From Alphaproteobacteria bacterium (GTDB lineage: Bacteria; Pseudomonadota; Alphaproteobacteria; RF32; CAG-239), in contig JAFSWL010000044.1 in assembly GCA_017444525.1 (NCBI GenBank), positions 25,499 to 89,498 on the forward strand: DNA of 64,000 bases, in the 5' to 3' direction. This document shows, one piece after another, positions 38,030 through 49,053 of this stretch. Under the pieces are notes generated by a model. The model saw nothing but the letters and a program-made list of their open reading frames with translations. It ran no database searches and was not told where the DNA came from. The position numbers and the translations under genes are program-made. Positions within the stretch are counted from its first letter, which is position 1, and every line of letters begins with the position of its first letter.

Positions 38030-38648
38030 GTCCGATTTTCTGCGCTGTAATCACGGCCTGTGTGCGATTGCTGACATGAAGTGAGCGTAGCAGAGCGTTT
38101 ATATGCAGCTTAACCGTTGATTCGGAAACCCCCATATCATACGCAATTTGCTTATTTGACTTGCCTTGTGCAATCAAGTCAAGAACTTGAGACTGCCGCG
38201 TAGTCAGGGTTTTAATGCCGATATTACGAGAGCTTAACGCATTAATCGGTGTATTTTCCAACAGATTCGGCGGAACGTAGTTGCCTCCTTCAATAATCAG
38301 CCGCAACGCATTATTAAAAACCTTAACTTCCGAACGCTTAGGAATATATCCCTTAACACCGGTAGCGAGAATGGTGCGGATAGTACGGCTGTCTTCGGAG
38401 GCAGAAACCACGATTATTTTCATTTTAGGAGCCATGGCATGAATTTGTTTTAAACTTTCAAGCCACGGCATATCTTGCATTTCTACGTCCAGCAACAATA
38501 CGTCAATCTGCGATTCTGTGTTCAGAATTTTAAATACCTGCGAATATCCGGAAGCCTGTAAGATAACGGCATCAGGGACTATTTCTTCCAGTCGCAGGGC
38601 CAGTCCGTCGCGAAACAACGCGTGATCGTCCGCAATCAGAATTTTCAT
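38022..38648 (-). CDS. NarL/FixJ-type response regulator (REC plus LuxR HTH), orphan
   Basis: MKILIADDHALFRDG...LLLDVEMQDM...TTRQSQVLDLIAQGKSNKQIAYDMGVSESTVKLH. GAGGAG RBS before the ATG at 38648. No adjacent kinase. Confidence 0.88.
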   Translation of the reverse strand: MKILIADDHALFRDGLALRLEEIVPDAVILQASGYSQVFKILNTESQIDVLLLDVEMQDMPWLESLKQIHAMAPKMKIIVVSASEDSRTIRTILATGVKGYIPKRSEVKVFNNALRLIIEGGNYVPPNLLENTPINALSSRNIGIKTLTTRQSQVLDLIAQGKSNKQIAYDMGVSESTVKLHINALLRSLHVSNRTQAVITAQKIGLI

Positions 38649-38741
38649 GTACAATCTCCTCTTAGTTTTAGCCATGTAATCGGTCATTTATATATTGCCG
38701 ATTATACATATTTAAAGACGTTCAAGAGAATAGTTGCAAAT

Positions 38742-39203
38742 TTATTTTTTAGGCAGTTCAATATATTTAACACCGGCTTCGGAAAACATCTCCGCCGAAT
38801 AGCGCAACTTGTCGCGCCAAGTATTTTTCGGATCATTAATATCGGATTTATATTCGTATGTAACCACTTCTTTGATACCGGCTTGAATAATGGCACGAGC
38901 GCAATCGGTACAAGGTGTCAGCGTACAAAACATGGTGCAGCCTTTCAGGCAAGTTCCGGTCAGACAAGCATTAAAAATCGCATTGCGTTCGGCATGTTCA
39001 AAAAAATCATACTTAGTCGGACGCTCCAACCGTTCCGGTATGCCGTCAACCACCCCGCGGACAAAGCCATTATAGCCGGTGGCACGAATTTCCTTATCCG
39101 GCCCCACCACTACTGCACCTGTCTTTGTCGACGGGTCTTTCGACCAAGTTGATATCAACTCGGCAAGCTCCAAAAAGCGATAATTCCATTTTTCCGAAAA
39201 CAT
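38742..39203 (-). CDS. Deoxycytidylate (dCMP) deaminase / ComEB-like cytidine deaminase-fold protein
   Basis: HAERNAI and TLTPCTDCA zinc-binding motifs. AGGAA RBS before the ATG at 39203. Confidence 0.85.
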   Translation of the reverse strand: MFSEKWNYRFLELAELISTWSKDPSTKTGAVVVGPDKEIRATGYNGFVRGVVDGIPERLERPTKYDFFEHAERNAIFNACLTGTCLKGCTMFCTLTPCTDCARAIIQAGIKEVVTYEYKSDINDPKNTWRDKLRYSAEMFSEAGVKYIELPKK

Positions 39204-39341
39204 TTTACGATTCCTTTTTTTTAAATCCGAATAAACTTTAGCAATAAATTCTCCGATTTCAAACAATTATATTTAAGTTATTGACAATGTCGAAGTTTAG
39301 AGTTATATCGTCGATAAATATCAATTTTTATCCTTACTATT

Positions 39342-39740
39342 ATGATTTATGTTTTATCTTGGGCTGAACTGTTTACGGTAGTAGCCCTTGTGGTTTTTGG
39401 CACCGTTTTACACAACCACCGCTATGAACAAGTGCCGATCAATATTTGTGATCGTTTGATTTGCTATGCCATGATTTTGTATGTCGCGGCCGCCTTTTTG
39501 ACAGCGTTACCGTTGGTCAGAGCTGAATGGAATTATCAAAACATTGCGATTATTACCGCCCACACCGCTTATCATTTTGTGGTCGGTGTGTTTTTGCTGT
39601 TTGCTTTGGTAAAATTTGCCGACGTTCCGTTTCGCTATGAAAAGAGTCATCTTCTTGCCCGCGGCGCTCTGTATTTTGCCTTTGTGTTTGAGGCTTTGGC
39701 ACTGTGCGCATTTGTAGTCTGCTGTGTGTTGGTTTTCTGA
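39342..39740 (+). CDS. Hypothetical four-TM membrane protein
   Basis: 132 aa, almost entirely hydrophobic helices, followed by a terminator. Confidence 0.65.
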   Translation: MIYVLSWAELFTVVALVVFGTVLHNHRYEQVPINICDRLICYAMILYVAAAFLTALPLVRAEWNYQNIAIITAHTAYHFVVGVFLLFALVKFADVPFRYEKSHLLARGALYFAFVFEALALCAFVVCCVLVF

Positions 39741-39745
39741 AAGAT

Positions 39746-39780
39746 AAAAGGCTCCGGTATAATTATCGGAGCCTTTTGCT
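39746..39780 (+). terminator. Rho-independent terminator
   Basis: AAAGGCTCCG-gtataattat-CGGAGCCTTT followed by TGCTT. Confidence 0.75.
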
Positions 39781-39885
39781 TATGGAGTTTATTCAATATT
39801 TTCTTTAGCGCGAAAAACCGTGATTTAGCTTGACAATACTTAAAAATTAATTAAGTTATAGCCAACACTTAATATTATAGAATAG

Positions 39886-41175
<1,290 letters not shown>

Positions 41176-41192
41176 TTTAAACAAAATCAAAT

Positions 41193-41226
41193 AAAAAACG
41201 CCGCTTCAAATGAGGCGGCGTTTTGG
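41193..41226. terminator. Bidirectional rho-independent terminator between eno and the pilin gene
   Basis: AAAAAACGCCGC-ttcaaatgag-GCGGCGTTTT. Confidence 0.8.
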
Positions 41227-41242
41227 TGTGGATAACAAACAA

Positions 41243-41797
41243 TTAAAAGAATGTCCATACGATGGTATTGTTGTTGGTAGAGGTACAAGCGGCTACAGCT
41301 TCGGCAATAGTAACATTACCTGCTGTTGCCAATTTTTCGGTATTGTTAATTTTAACCGACCACAAGCCTGAAGTTTTCCCTTGTCCCCATTCTTTAGTAG
41401 AGAGTTCAATACAGGAATCTTGCGGTATCATTCCAAAGGAAACGGCAAAAGCTTTGTTGGTTCGCTCGCCTTTGTTGGCAACATTAAGCAAGACTGTTCC
41501 GCCGTAAGTATTGACCATTGAATCTCCGTCTATCATATCATCCGGAACCAGATGAGATTTTTTAATCAGGTTCATGTTAGGATTGCCACCGGTAGATAAA
41601 GCAGTATATACTTTGTGTCCTGCAAAAAGGGCGCGAGTACTGGCCGTAATCTGCGTTAATTGATCAATTGTTTTATTGACACGGTAGACATTCATTGCCT
41701 TAGAATAACCGGCAATACCGCCGACAGACAGCACACCGATAATTGCCAAAACCCCGAGCATTTCAATCATTGAGCGACCGGATTCGTTTATTTTCAT
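41243..41797 (-). CDS. Type IV pilin-like protein (184 aa)
   Basis: MKINESG|RSMIEMLGVLAIIGVLSVGGIAGY is a prepilin-type leader, with Glu at +5 and a hydrophobic helix. A C-terminal Cys pair (C...C) is present. GGGAGGA RBS. Confidence 0.85.
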   Translation of the reverse strand: MKINESGRSMIEMLGVLAIIGVLSVGGIAGYSKAMNVYRVNKTIDQLTQITASTRALFAGHKVYTALSTGGNPNMNLIKKSHLVPDDMIDGDSMVNTYGGTVLLNVANKGERTNKAFAVSFGMIPQDSCIELSTKEWGQGKTSGLWSVKINNTEKLATAGNVTIAEAVAACTSTNNNTIVWTFF

Positions 41798-41826
41798 TTT
41801 TTCCTCCCTGTAATTAATTTTGTGTC

Positions 41827-41855
41827 AGCATAACAAAAATAATATGCATCGTCAA
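41827..41855 (-). promoter_or_regulatory. Sigma70-type promoter of the pilin gene
   Basis: On the minus strand: TTGACG (41855..41850), a 17-nt spacer, then TATGCT (41832..41827). Confidence 0.5.
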
Positions 41856-41932
41856 TTACGAAAAATGATATATGACAGAGGTTAATTTCAAACTAAAAAA
41901 AGAAGGAACAAATTAATGTTCCTTCTTTTTTT

Positions 41933-42331
41933 TTAAGCTACAGGAATTAGTTGGTAGATTCGTTTATTAACTAACTTCAATAAATCGGCAACAACCTGCG
42001 ATTTTTCAAACTCTTTTAAATCACCGGCAAGCTCTAACAGTTTATTTAAATCAAACTGTTTGAGGTAATACTCAACTTGCGATGGATCTTCCTGTATCAG
42101 TTTGAAAAAATTAACAGGTTTGCCCCCGCGGTGTTTTAGTTCGTTTTCTACCTTTTTTAACGCTTCTTTGACGGCTGTTTTTTGCTTGTCATTAAATGTG
42201 GCAAAAAAGTACTCATCATCCATACAAACCGTCAGCGCAGACCAAAATTCAGAAAGCTCTTCCACATCGAAGTCCTCAAGTTGACCAACTTCGACTACCG
42301 CAACAATCAGCATAATCTCAGTTATTTCCAT
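41933..42331 (-). CDS. Acidic hypothetical protein (132 aa) downstream of recF
   Basis: ORF with coding-like composition, followed by a strong hairpin (GAAGGAACA/TGTTCCTTC, 41902..41926). I recognise no motif. Confidence 0.6.
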   Translation of the reverse strand: MEITEIMLIVAVVEVGQLEDFDVEELSEFWSALTVCMDDEYFFATFNDKQKTAVKEALKKVENELKHRGGKPVNFFKLIQEDPSQVEYYLKQFDLNKLLELAGDLKEFEKSQVVADLLKLVNKRIYQLIPVA

Positions 42332-42397
42332 AATGATTCATATTTAATAATTATCACTTATACATATATTGTAGCGATAAAATAACAAAATATCAAG

Positions 42398-43603
42398 CTA
42401 AAAGATAATACCGTTTTTTAGGTTGAAAAATTGTGCATCATGGCGCAGCAGTTCAAAATTTTGCGGTTCGGTGGATGTTATCCACGCTTGTATGCGAAGT
42501 GCGCGTATTTTATCAAGCAATGCATCGCGTTTACAATCATCAAGATGAGTCGTAACTTCATCCAACAGCAAGACAGGTACAAAACCTTTGTATAATATCT
42601 GGCATTGCGTTTGCGCCAAAATAATACTGACGAGCAATGCCTTTTGCTCTCCGGTAGAGCATAATTCCGCCGGCATATTTTTTTTCTTAAAATAAACTTT
42701 GAAATCGGTGCGGTTAATACCGTCAATATAATCATTATAAAGCAGATTGCGCCGTTGCTTGGCCAAAAATGCAGTATAAAAATCTTCTACATGCAATGCC
42801 GGATTCGTATCAAGCATTTTTTCAATTATTCCATCCAATTCCAACCGCACATTCGGAAAAATATCGTCTGGTTCTTGCTCGATAAATGTATTCAGCCGAG
42901 CAATTTGCTCGCGCCGAGCCGCGGCAATAGCCACGCCGGACGCAGCCATATCCGTTTCCAGTGATTTCAGCCAATATTCATCGGTTTGTCCCGATTTTAT
43001 CAGTTGTGTCCATTGTCGATATAAATGTTCAAACGCTGCGGTTCGCTTAGCGTGTTCTAAATCAAAAGCATATACCAATCGGTCAAGAAAACTGCGCCGT
43101 GGCTGAGTCCCGCCCAAAAAAAGACGATCCATCTGCGGTGTAATCCAAATAGCAGAAATGTATTTGCCGAGTTCGGCTTGCTGTGTTATTTTTTGCTGAT
43201 TGATTTTGACAATGCGGCGGTCATAAGCTCGTGTTCCTTCGTCATCTAAATCTTCTTTAATAGAATGCTGTAATGCTGTACCTATCGTATATTCTTCATT
43301 GTTGTGCAGAATATCCGCAGCCACACTCCAATCATTGAGTTTAGGCATTTCATCTTCATTATCAGAACAAATCCGCTTAATTTCTGAAAGTTTAGCTCCT
43401 CGCAAACCGCGCCCCGGGGTTAAAAAAGAAATTGCTTCCAAAATATTGGTTTTCCCTGAGCCGTTTTCACCGGTTAAAATAATTGGGCAAATTTCTGTTT
43501 GCAAACGCATATTTTTATAATTTCTAAAGTCAGTTAAAGTCAGGCGTTTAACACCTGACTTTAATTTGGTAAATGTTTCGATTGTCGACTTAATATCGGT
43601 CAA
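42398..43603 (-). CDS. recF: DNA replication and repair protein RecF
   Basis: LTDFRNY...LTGENGSGKTNILEAISFL (Walker A) and the dnaA-dnaN-recF context. Confidence 0.93.
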   Translation of the reverse strand: MTDIKSTIETFTKLKSGVKRLTLTDFRNYKNMRLQTEICPIILTGENGSGKTNILEAISFLTPGRGLRGAKLSEIKRICSDNEDEMPKLNDWSVAADILHNNEEYTIGTALQHSIKEDLDDEGTRAYDRRIVKINQQKITQQAELGKYISAIWITPQMDRLFLGGTQPRRSFLDRLVYAFDLEHAKRTAAFEHLYRQWTQLIKSGQTDEYWLKSLETDMAASGVAIAAARREQIARLNTFIEQEPDDIFPNVRLELDGIIEKMLDTNPALHVEDFYTAFLAKQRRNLLYNDYIDGINRTDFKVYFKKKNMPAELCSTGEQKALLVSIILAQTQCQILYKGFVPVLLLDEVTTHLDDCKRDALLDKIRALRIQAWITSTEPQNFELLRHDAQFFNLKNGIIF

Positions 43604-43604
43604 A

Positions 43605-44726
43605 TTACACTCTCATTGGCATCAAAACATAGATGGCGCTGGAATCGGAGGTGTCATGAATAACCGACGGAGAAGAACTGTCTTTGAAACTGAAACGAAC
43701 AGTGTCGCCACGAATCTCTGCTAAAATATCCAGCAGATAGCGGAAATTATATCCGATTTCGAGTGATTCGTTGTCGTATGTTGCTTCAATTTCTTCAATA
43801 GCACTGCCCAAATCAGGATTCGAAGTCGTCAAAATGACGTGATTTTTGTTTGCAATCATTTTGATTGCGCGCGTACGTTCGGCAACTACAGAAACACGAT
43901 CAACCGCAGTAGCCAACGTTTTAACACTCAACTCTAAAATTTTGTTGTTTCCGGTCGGAATAACACGCTCATAATCCGGATAAGTACCATCAATCAACTT
44001 AGAAGCTAAAGTTATATCTTCAAGCGTGAAACGAACTTTACTGTCAGAGAGGGCAATCTTAATGGTTTCTGCTGCCGTATCATCAAGCAATTTACGGATT
44101 TCACCTACCGTCTTGCGCGGCAGAATAACACCCTGCATACTTTCTGCTCCTTGTGGTAACGGGCTCTCGACACAAGCCAAACGATGTCCGTCGGTAGCTA
44201 CAATGCGCAACACTTTAGTCTCACCCTCATCTTTAGGGTGAATATATAAGCCGTTCAGATAATATCTGGTTTCTTCAGTAGAAGCGGCAAACTGAGTGCG
44301 GTCAATTACGTCTTTGAGCTCATCGCGTTTCATTTCAAAATTAGTAGGCAAAGCGTCGGCGGAAATTGCCGGAAAATCTTCGACACCAATTGTCGGCAAC
44401 GAAAATTCCGATTTACCTGACGCGATCTTCAGTTGGTCTTTTTCATCAGGATAGGTCAGCTCAACATCGGCACCGTCGGAAAGCTTGCGCACAATGTCAT
44501 ACAGCATGTGTGCCGGTGCGGTAATAGCTCCGTTTTCCAAAATCTTAGCATCAACAACTTCGGTAATTTCCGTATCCATATCGGTTGCTTTAAAACTGAT
44601 GCCGTTGTTATCGGCCTCAATGCGCACATTGGAGAGAACCGGAACGGTATTGCGCCTTTCAACAATATTTTGAACGTGTCCCAAAGTTTTGAGCAAAATA
44701 GCTTTTTCAATTGCAAATTTCATCAT
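43605..44726 (-). CDS. dnaN: DNA polymerase III beta sliding clamp
   Basis: RRNTVPVLSNVRIEA...YLNGLYI...ATDGHRLA...MPMRV are DnaN hallmarks. Confidence 0.96.
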   Translation of the reverse strand: MMKFAIEKAILLKTLGHVQNIVERRNTVPVLSNVRIEADNNGISFKATDMDTEITEVVDAKILENGAITAPAHMLYDIVRKLSDGADVELTYPDEKDQLKIASGKSEFSLPTIGVEDFPAISADALPTNFEMKRDELKDVIDRTQFAASTEETRYYLNGLYIHPKDEGETKVLRIVATDGHRLACVESPLPQGAESMQGVILPRKTVGEIRKLLDDTAAETIKIALSDSKVRFTLEDITLASKLIDGTYPDYERVIPTGNNKILELSVKTLATAVDRVSVVAERTRAIKMIANKNHVILTTSNPDLGSAIEEIEATYDNESLEIGYNFRYLLDILAEIRGDTVRFSFKDSSSPSVIHDTSDSSAIYVLMPMRV

Positions 44727-44813
44727 TTTTACCTTATTTTGTTTTTATAATACGCTTACATTAGCAAAACTGCCTGCAAAGAAGAAGTTTAAAAAAAATT
44801 CTTCAACAGCTTT

Positions 44814-46205
44814 TTAGCATTCAAGCGCACGGCGCAAAGAATCAACACTCTCTGCCATAGACGTATCTTCAAGCACCAATTCTTCTACTTTGCGAACCGC
44901 ATGCATAACCGTCGTGTGATCACGGTCAAACTTGCGTCCAATTTCCGGCAGAGAGCGTGAAGTCAATTGTTTTGCCAGATACATAGCAATCTGTCTCGGG
45001 CGGGCAACATTGCGGGCACGGCGAGAAGATTGCATTTCTTTAACCGAAATATTAAAGTATTCAGCAACCTTTTTTTGAATTTCATCAATTGTGGTTTTGC
45101 GATCAATTGAACGCAGCATATCTTTTAATACATCTTGCGTCATATCAAGAGAAATTTCATGCCCCGGAAGCAATAATGAATGTGCGGCGATTCGTTTAAG
45201 CGAACCTTCCAATTCACGAATGCTTGAAGATATTTTCTGTGCCAGAAAATCAGCCACATTATCCGGCAGAGTAATACCCAATTGTTCCGACTTCTTACGC
45301 AGGATTCCTAAACGCAATTCATAATCCGCCGGCATAATATCTGCTACTAACCCGCTGTTTAAACGCGATTTCAAACGTCCTTCGATACCGTCTAAATCGT
45401 TCGGTGACTTATCGGCGGAAAGAATAATCTGTTTGCCGCTCTCAATCAAAGAATTAAAGGTGTAGAAAAATTCATCTTGTGTTTTGGTTTTGTTGGCCAA
45501 AAATTGAACATCGTCAATCATCAATACATCAACCGAACGGAACTGCTCCTTAAAGGCATCCGTATCTTTATAACGCAGCGCATTTACAAACTTATATAAG
45601 AATTGTTCGGCCGAAATATAAACCACGGTACGGTTAGGATCGGAATTCTTAATATATTGCGCCACTGCGTGCATCAGGTGTGTTTTTCCCAGGCCCACAC
45701 CGGAATATAAAAACAGCGGATTAAACGAAATGCTTTTGGATTCGGCTACTTTACGCGCTGCAGCATAAGCAAACTCATTGGTTTTACCGACCACAAAATT
45801 ATCAAACGTATAAACCGGATTTAATTTTGAAGCCAGAGAATCGGTATTTCCGAAACTGTTGGCAACACCATATATTTTTTGCGGTGTAGGGGTGGTTTTT
45901 ATTTGTTTAATTAAAGAATTGTCGGAAGATATATTTTGTACCACAACTTGAATTGACTTAAGCTCTGGATTCTTACGTTCCCAAATACGATGGATTCGTT
46001 CCGAATAATGCGTTATCACCCAGTTTTTCATAAACGCAGTAGGCGCACCGATTCGCATTACACCATTATCAAACGAGTTCACGCACAGCGGCTTCAACCA
46101 ACTGTCAAAAGCAGTTTGCCCAAATTCCATTTTTAACTGACCACATACTTCTTCCCATTGATCATTAATAGATAAGTTATCATTTCTTATTGCTTCTTCA
46201 GCCAT
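44814..46205 (-). CDS. dnaA: Chromosomal replication initiator DnaA
   Basis: NPLFLYSGVGLGKTHLMHA (Walker A) ...IRELEG... and C-terminal RDHTTVMHA (DnaA signature). Confidence 0.97.
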   Translation of the reverse strand: MAEEAIRNDNLSINDQWEEVCGQLKMEFGQTAFDSWLKPLCVNSFDNGVMRIGAPTAFMKNWVITHYSERIHRIWERKNPELKSIQVVVQNISSDNSLIKQIKTTPTPQKIYGVANSFGNTDSLASKLNPVYTFDNFVVGKTNEFAYAAARKVAESKSISFNPLFLYSGVGLGKTHLMHAVAQYIKNSDPNRTVVYISAEQFLYKFVNALRYKDTDAFKEQFRSVDVLMIDDVQFLANKTKTQDEFFYTFNSLIESGKQIILSADKSPNDLDGIEGRLKSRLNSGLVADIMPADYELRLGILRKKSEQLGITLPDNVADFLAQKISSSIRELEGSLKRIAAHSLLLPGHEISLDMTQDVLKDMLRSIDRKTTIDEIQKKVAEYFNISVKEMQSSRRARNVARPRQIAMYLAKQLTSRSLPEIGRKFDRDHTTVMHAVRKVEELVLEDTSMAESVDSLRRALEC

Positions 46206-46584
46206 TTTTCCCGTCCATAAAAATCAATTAACCAAACTGAAACAAAACCGCGGTGGAAAAATGCAAAAATAAGTTTTCGCAAGCCTAACCCATCGCACTT
46301 GCCCGACACATCAGTCCGCGATTGGCTTTATCATTATATATAAATCGGGTATTAAAAAACATTCCGTTATATATCAGCCAAATCTGAACCAAGACCCCTT
46401 TGTGGCGGTCAAACTGTCCGTTTCGCCAAATCGAGAGTAACTTTATTAATTACGCCCCGAAGAAAGTGTAAATAAATTGTTAACAGAAAAAAATATAAAT
46501 TCAATAGAACATTTTGAGAACATTGCAATTAAATTTCTTGACAACGTATTTTTAAACAAGTGCGGTATAATTATTTGATAATAC

Positions 46585-46626
46585 ACAAAAAAACACAAAT
46601 CGATTCGTTTAAAGAATCAATTTGTG
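46585..46626 (-). terminator. Rho-independent terminator after rpsT
   Basis: On the minus strand: CACAAATTGATTC-tttaaac-GAATCGATTTGTG followed by TTTTTTT. Confidence 0.8.
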
Positions 46627-46657
46627 CTTTTCAACGTAATCCCAGATTCTCTATATA

Positions 46658-46918
46658 TTAGAGAGCCTTAATTTTCTGAGCTAAACGAGAAATTGTACGT
46701 GAAGCCGTATTCTTTTTGAACACACCCTTCTGAGCAGCGCGAGCCATTTCGCTTTCTGCCGTTTTGAAGGCCACTGCAGCACCTTCTTTATCATTGGCAG
46801 CAACCAAAGCCAGAACTTTCTTTACGAAAGTTCTCACACGGCTTCTGCGTGCACCGTTGATTTGAGCGCGTTTATTATTATGTACAATTCTTGTTTTTGC
46901 CGACTTATGATTGGCCAT
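46658..46918 (-). CDS. rpsT: 30S ribosomal protein S20
   Basis: MANHKSAKTRI...NKRAQINGARRSRVRTFVKKV is typical S20. Confidence 0.95.
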   Translation of the reverse strand: MANHKSAKTRIVHNNKRAQINGARRSRVRTFVKKVLALVAANDKEGAAVAFKTAESEMARAAQKGVFKKNTASRTISRLAQKIKAL

Positions 46919-47024
46919 ATTTCTTCTTCCTATTAAAAAATGTTAATATAAAATTTACTCTGGTAAACGTTATAACCACGACAACGGCATAAAGTCAACC
47001 AAAATTTTATATTTTTTTGTTTTT

Positions 47025-47390
47025 TTACGGTTTTGTTTTAATGGTTATTCTGACAATTAATGGTGAAGCGGATTCTTTTACCACTTCCAAAGTTTCTCCT
47101 TCGCGATAAAACAGCAAACTGTTTTCCCGATTCCCCTGATATATCCAACCCAGTTGCGGCAACGATTCGGTATAAAACTTTTCTACGGCGGTGAATTTTA
47201 ATTTCGGAGCGTTAAAATATGCTTCTAACAATCGGGTTTCTTCATTACCGAAAGATACATCATCTTGTGTAATTTGATTTAATCCCTCTAACAGCGGCAC
47301 ATCATCCATGCCTTCCACAAATTTCTCGGCTTGTGTCGGAAATGGATATGCCAAAAATAAAAGAATTGTCATAAACCACAGGTTTTTCAT
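47025..47390 (-). CDS. Small secreted hypothetical protein co-oriented with mutM
   Basis: Signal peptide MKNLWFMTILLFLAYPFPTQA. A 10-nt gap separates it from the mutM stop. Confidence 0.65.
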   Translation of the reverse strand: MKNLWFMTILLFLAYPFPTQAEKFVEGMDDVPLLEGLNQITQDDVSFGNEETRLLEAYFNAPKLKFTAVEKFYTESLPQLGWIYQGNRENSLLFYREGETLEVVKESASPLIVRITIKTKP

Positions 47391-47400
47391 TTATTTACTC

Positions 47401-48240
47401 CTATTTTTGCAAGTTAGGACAATAAAAAGTAGAGCGTCCGCCTTGTATTATTTTACGGATTCCGCCGGTTTTTGCAATATTGCATTTGCAATCCGGACAG
47501 CGTTGTCCGGTTTTATTATAAACGCAATGATGTTGCTGAAAATAACCGATATCCCCATCGGGACGGCGATAATCGTGAATAGTCGAACCACCGGCATTGA
47601 TTGCTTCTTCCAAAATGATGCGTGTATATTTAATGATTTCTTTTGCTTCCGATTCGGATATGACGCAACTTTCTCTTTCCGGCAGGATTCGCGCCCGATA
47701 TAAAATTTCCGAAGCGTAAATGTTGCCGATTCCGCAGATGATCTCCTGATTGAGTAATGATAATTTAATGGCACATTTGCGTTTTTTTAATGCTTTAAGC
47801 AAATATTGCGGTGTCAGATTTGTATCCCATGGGTCGAGTCCGATATGCTTAAAACAAGGGTGTTGTGTCAATTTATCGGATTCGCCGAGCAAAACCAGTC
47901 CGAAACGCCGCGCATCATTATAATAAATTACGCCTTTATCGGTTTCAATGATAACATGGTCGTGTTTTTCACTCTCCGGCGGATTCGCCTTTTCAATACG
48001 GATTTTGCCGCTCATCCCGAAATGCCAGATAATCGTCAGGCCGTTATCCAAATCCATCAGCATATATTTGGCGATTCGCCGCAGGTTAATGATTTTCGCA
48101 CCGCGGATTCGTTTTGCAAAGTCTGTCGGAACAAGTTCCCGCAGGCGCGGTTGGTTAACAATCGCATCACGGATTACAGCTCCGTTTACGGCGGCGGATA
48201 CGGTATTCTTTATGGTTTCTACTTCTGGTAATTCCGGCAT
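47401..48240 (-). CDS. mutM: Formamidopyrimidine-DNA glycosylase
   Basis: N-terminal MPELPEVE and the C-terminal zinc finger CxxC...CxxC (CPDCKC...FYCPNLQ). Confidence 0.95.
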   Translation of the reverse strand: MPELPEVETIKNTVSAAVNGAVIRDAIVNQPRLRELVPTDFAKRIRGAKIINLRRIAKYMLMDLDNGLTIIWHFGMSGKIRIEKANPPESEKHDHVIIETDKGVIYYNDARRFGLVLLGESDKLTQHPCFKHIGLDPWDTNLTPQYLLKALKKRKCAIKLSLLNQEIICGIGNIYASEILYRARILPERESCVISESEAKEIIKYTRIILEEAINAGGSTIHDYRRPDGDIGYFQQHHCVYNKTGQRCPDCKCNIAKTGGIRKIIQGGRSTFYCPNLQK

Positions 48241-48360
48241 AAAATTTATTCTCCTTTAACCATTATAATATATAGTCCGAAACAGATTGCAAACTTCTTG
48301 CCATTATTTATAAACAGGGTTACATTAAAAGAATCGATTTAATTTTGTAACGTTGAGAAG

Positions 48361-48951
48361 ATGATAAAAAAACGCAGCAGAAAATATTACGCCCCACAAA
48401 ACGAAGATAACACCGTTCATATCTGCGACCATCCCGATTGTCAGGAAAAAGGCGAATATCGCGCGCCGAAAGACCGCAGCTTGAAAGATTACTACTGGTT
48501 TTGCCTCAAACATGTTGAGGAATACAATCAGAAATGGAATTATTACGGCGAAGGATATGACTCAGAGGCGGAAGAAAAGGTTAAACGCCGTTTTTCACAC
48601 CGGTTTAAATCCAAAGTAAGTTATCAGTTCGGCTATGATTTATGGGAGGAAGCGGCATTTTTTGATGACGGTTACGAAAGTCCGTCCGACGGCAATCGCG
48701 AATATTCCGCCGACGGCATTTATTTTACGGTGGAAGAGCGTAAATATATCAAGACGCTGGAAATGAATATTCGCGATATCAATCCCGATTCGCTCAAAAA
48801 ACAATATAAGAAAATGGCAAAAAAATATCATCCCGATATCAATCAAAACGATTCGGCGGCCGAAGAAAAGTTCAAACAAATATCGGCAGCTTATCAGCAT
48901 TTAAAAGAAAAGTTCGAGCGCATTCCGAATTATGATTTATTCAAAGAATAG
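48361..48951 (+). CDS. Protein with an N-terminal Cys/His-rich region and a C-terminal J domain
   Basis: KKQYKKMAKKYHPDINQ...EEKFKQISAAYQHL contains the HPD motif of a J domain. N-terminal CDHPDCQEKGEY...WFCLKH. Confidence 0.85.
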   Translation: MIKKRSRKYYAPQNEDNTVHICDHPDCQEKGEYRAPKDRSLKDYYWFCLKHVEEYNQKWNYYGEGYDSEAEEKVKRRFSHRFKSKVSYQFGYDLWEEAAFFDDGYESPSDGNREYSADGIYFTVEERKYIKTLEMNIRDINPDSLKKQYKKMAKKYHPDINQNDSAAEEKFKQISAAYQHLKEKFERIPNYDLFKE

Positions 48952-48988
48952 CGTTTTGCCGATTCTCCATCTGAATAACGAAATTTTC

Positions 48989-49017
48989 TTGACTAATTTG
49001 ACGAAATGAGGTACAAT
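48989..49017 (+). promoter_or_regulatory. Sigma70-type promoter A (drives the macro-domain gene)
   Basis: TTGACT at 48989..48994, a 17-nt spacer, then TACAAT at 49012..49017. Confidence 0.55.
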
Positions 49018-49053
49018 AAAAGCAAATTTTAGTTATTTAGTTATTTTTATTAT

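Noticed and set aside
46206-46657. Possible oriC in the 452-bp gap between rpsT and dnaA
   Set aside because: I found no cluster of TTATCCACA-like boxes, only weak 7-of-9 matches such as TTTTCCACC. There is no obvious AT-rich unwinding repeat set. The region contains the rpsT terminator and probably just the dnaA promoter and leader, and in Alphaproteobacteria the origin is often not next to dnaA.
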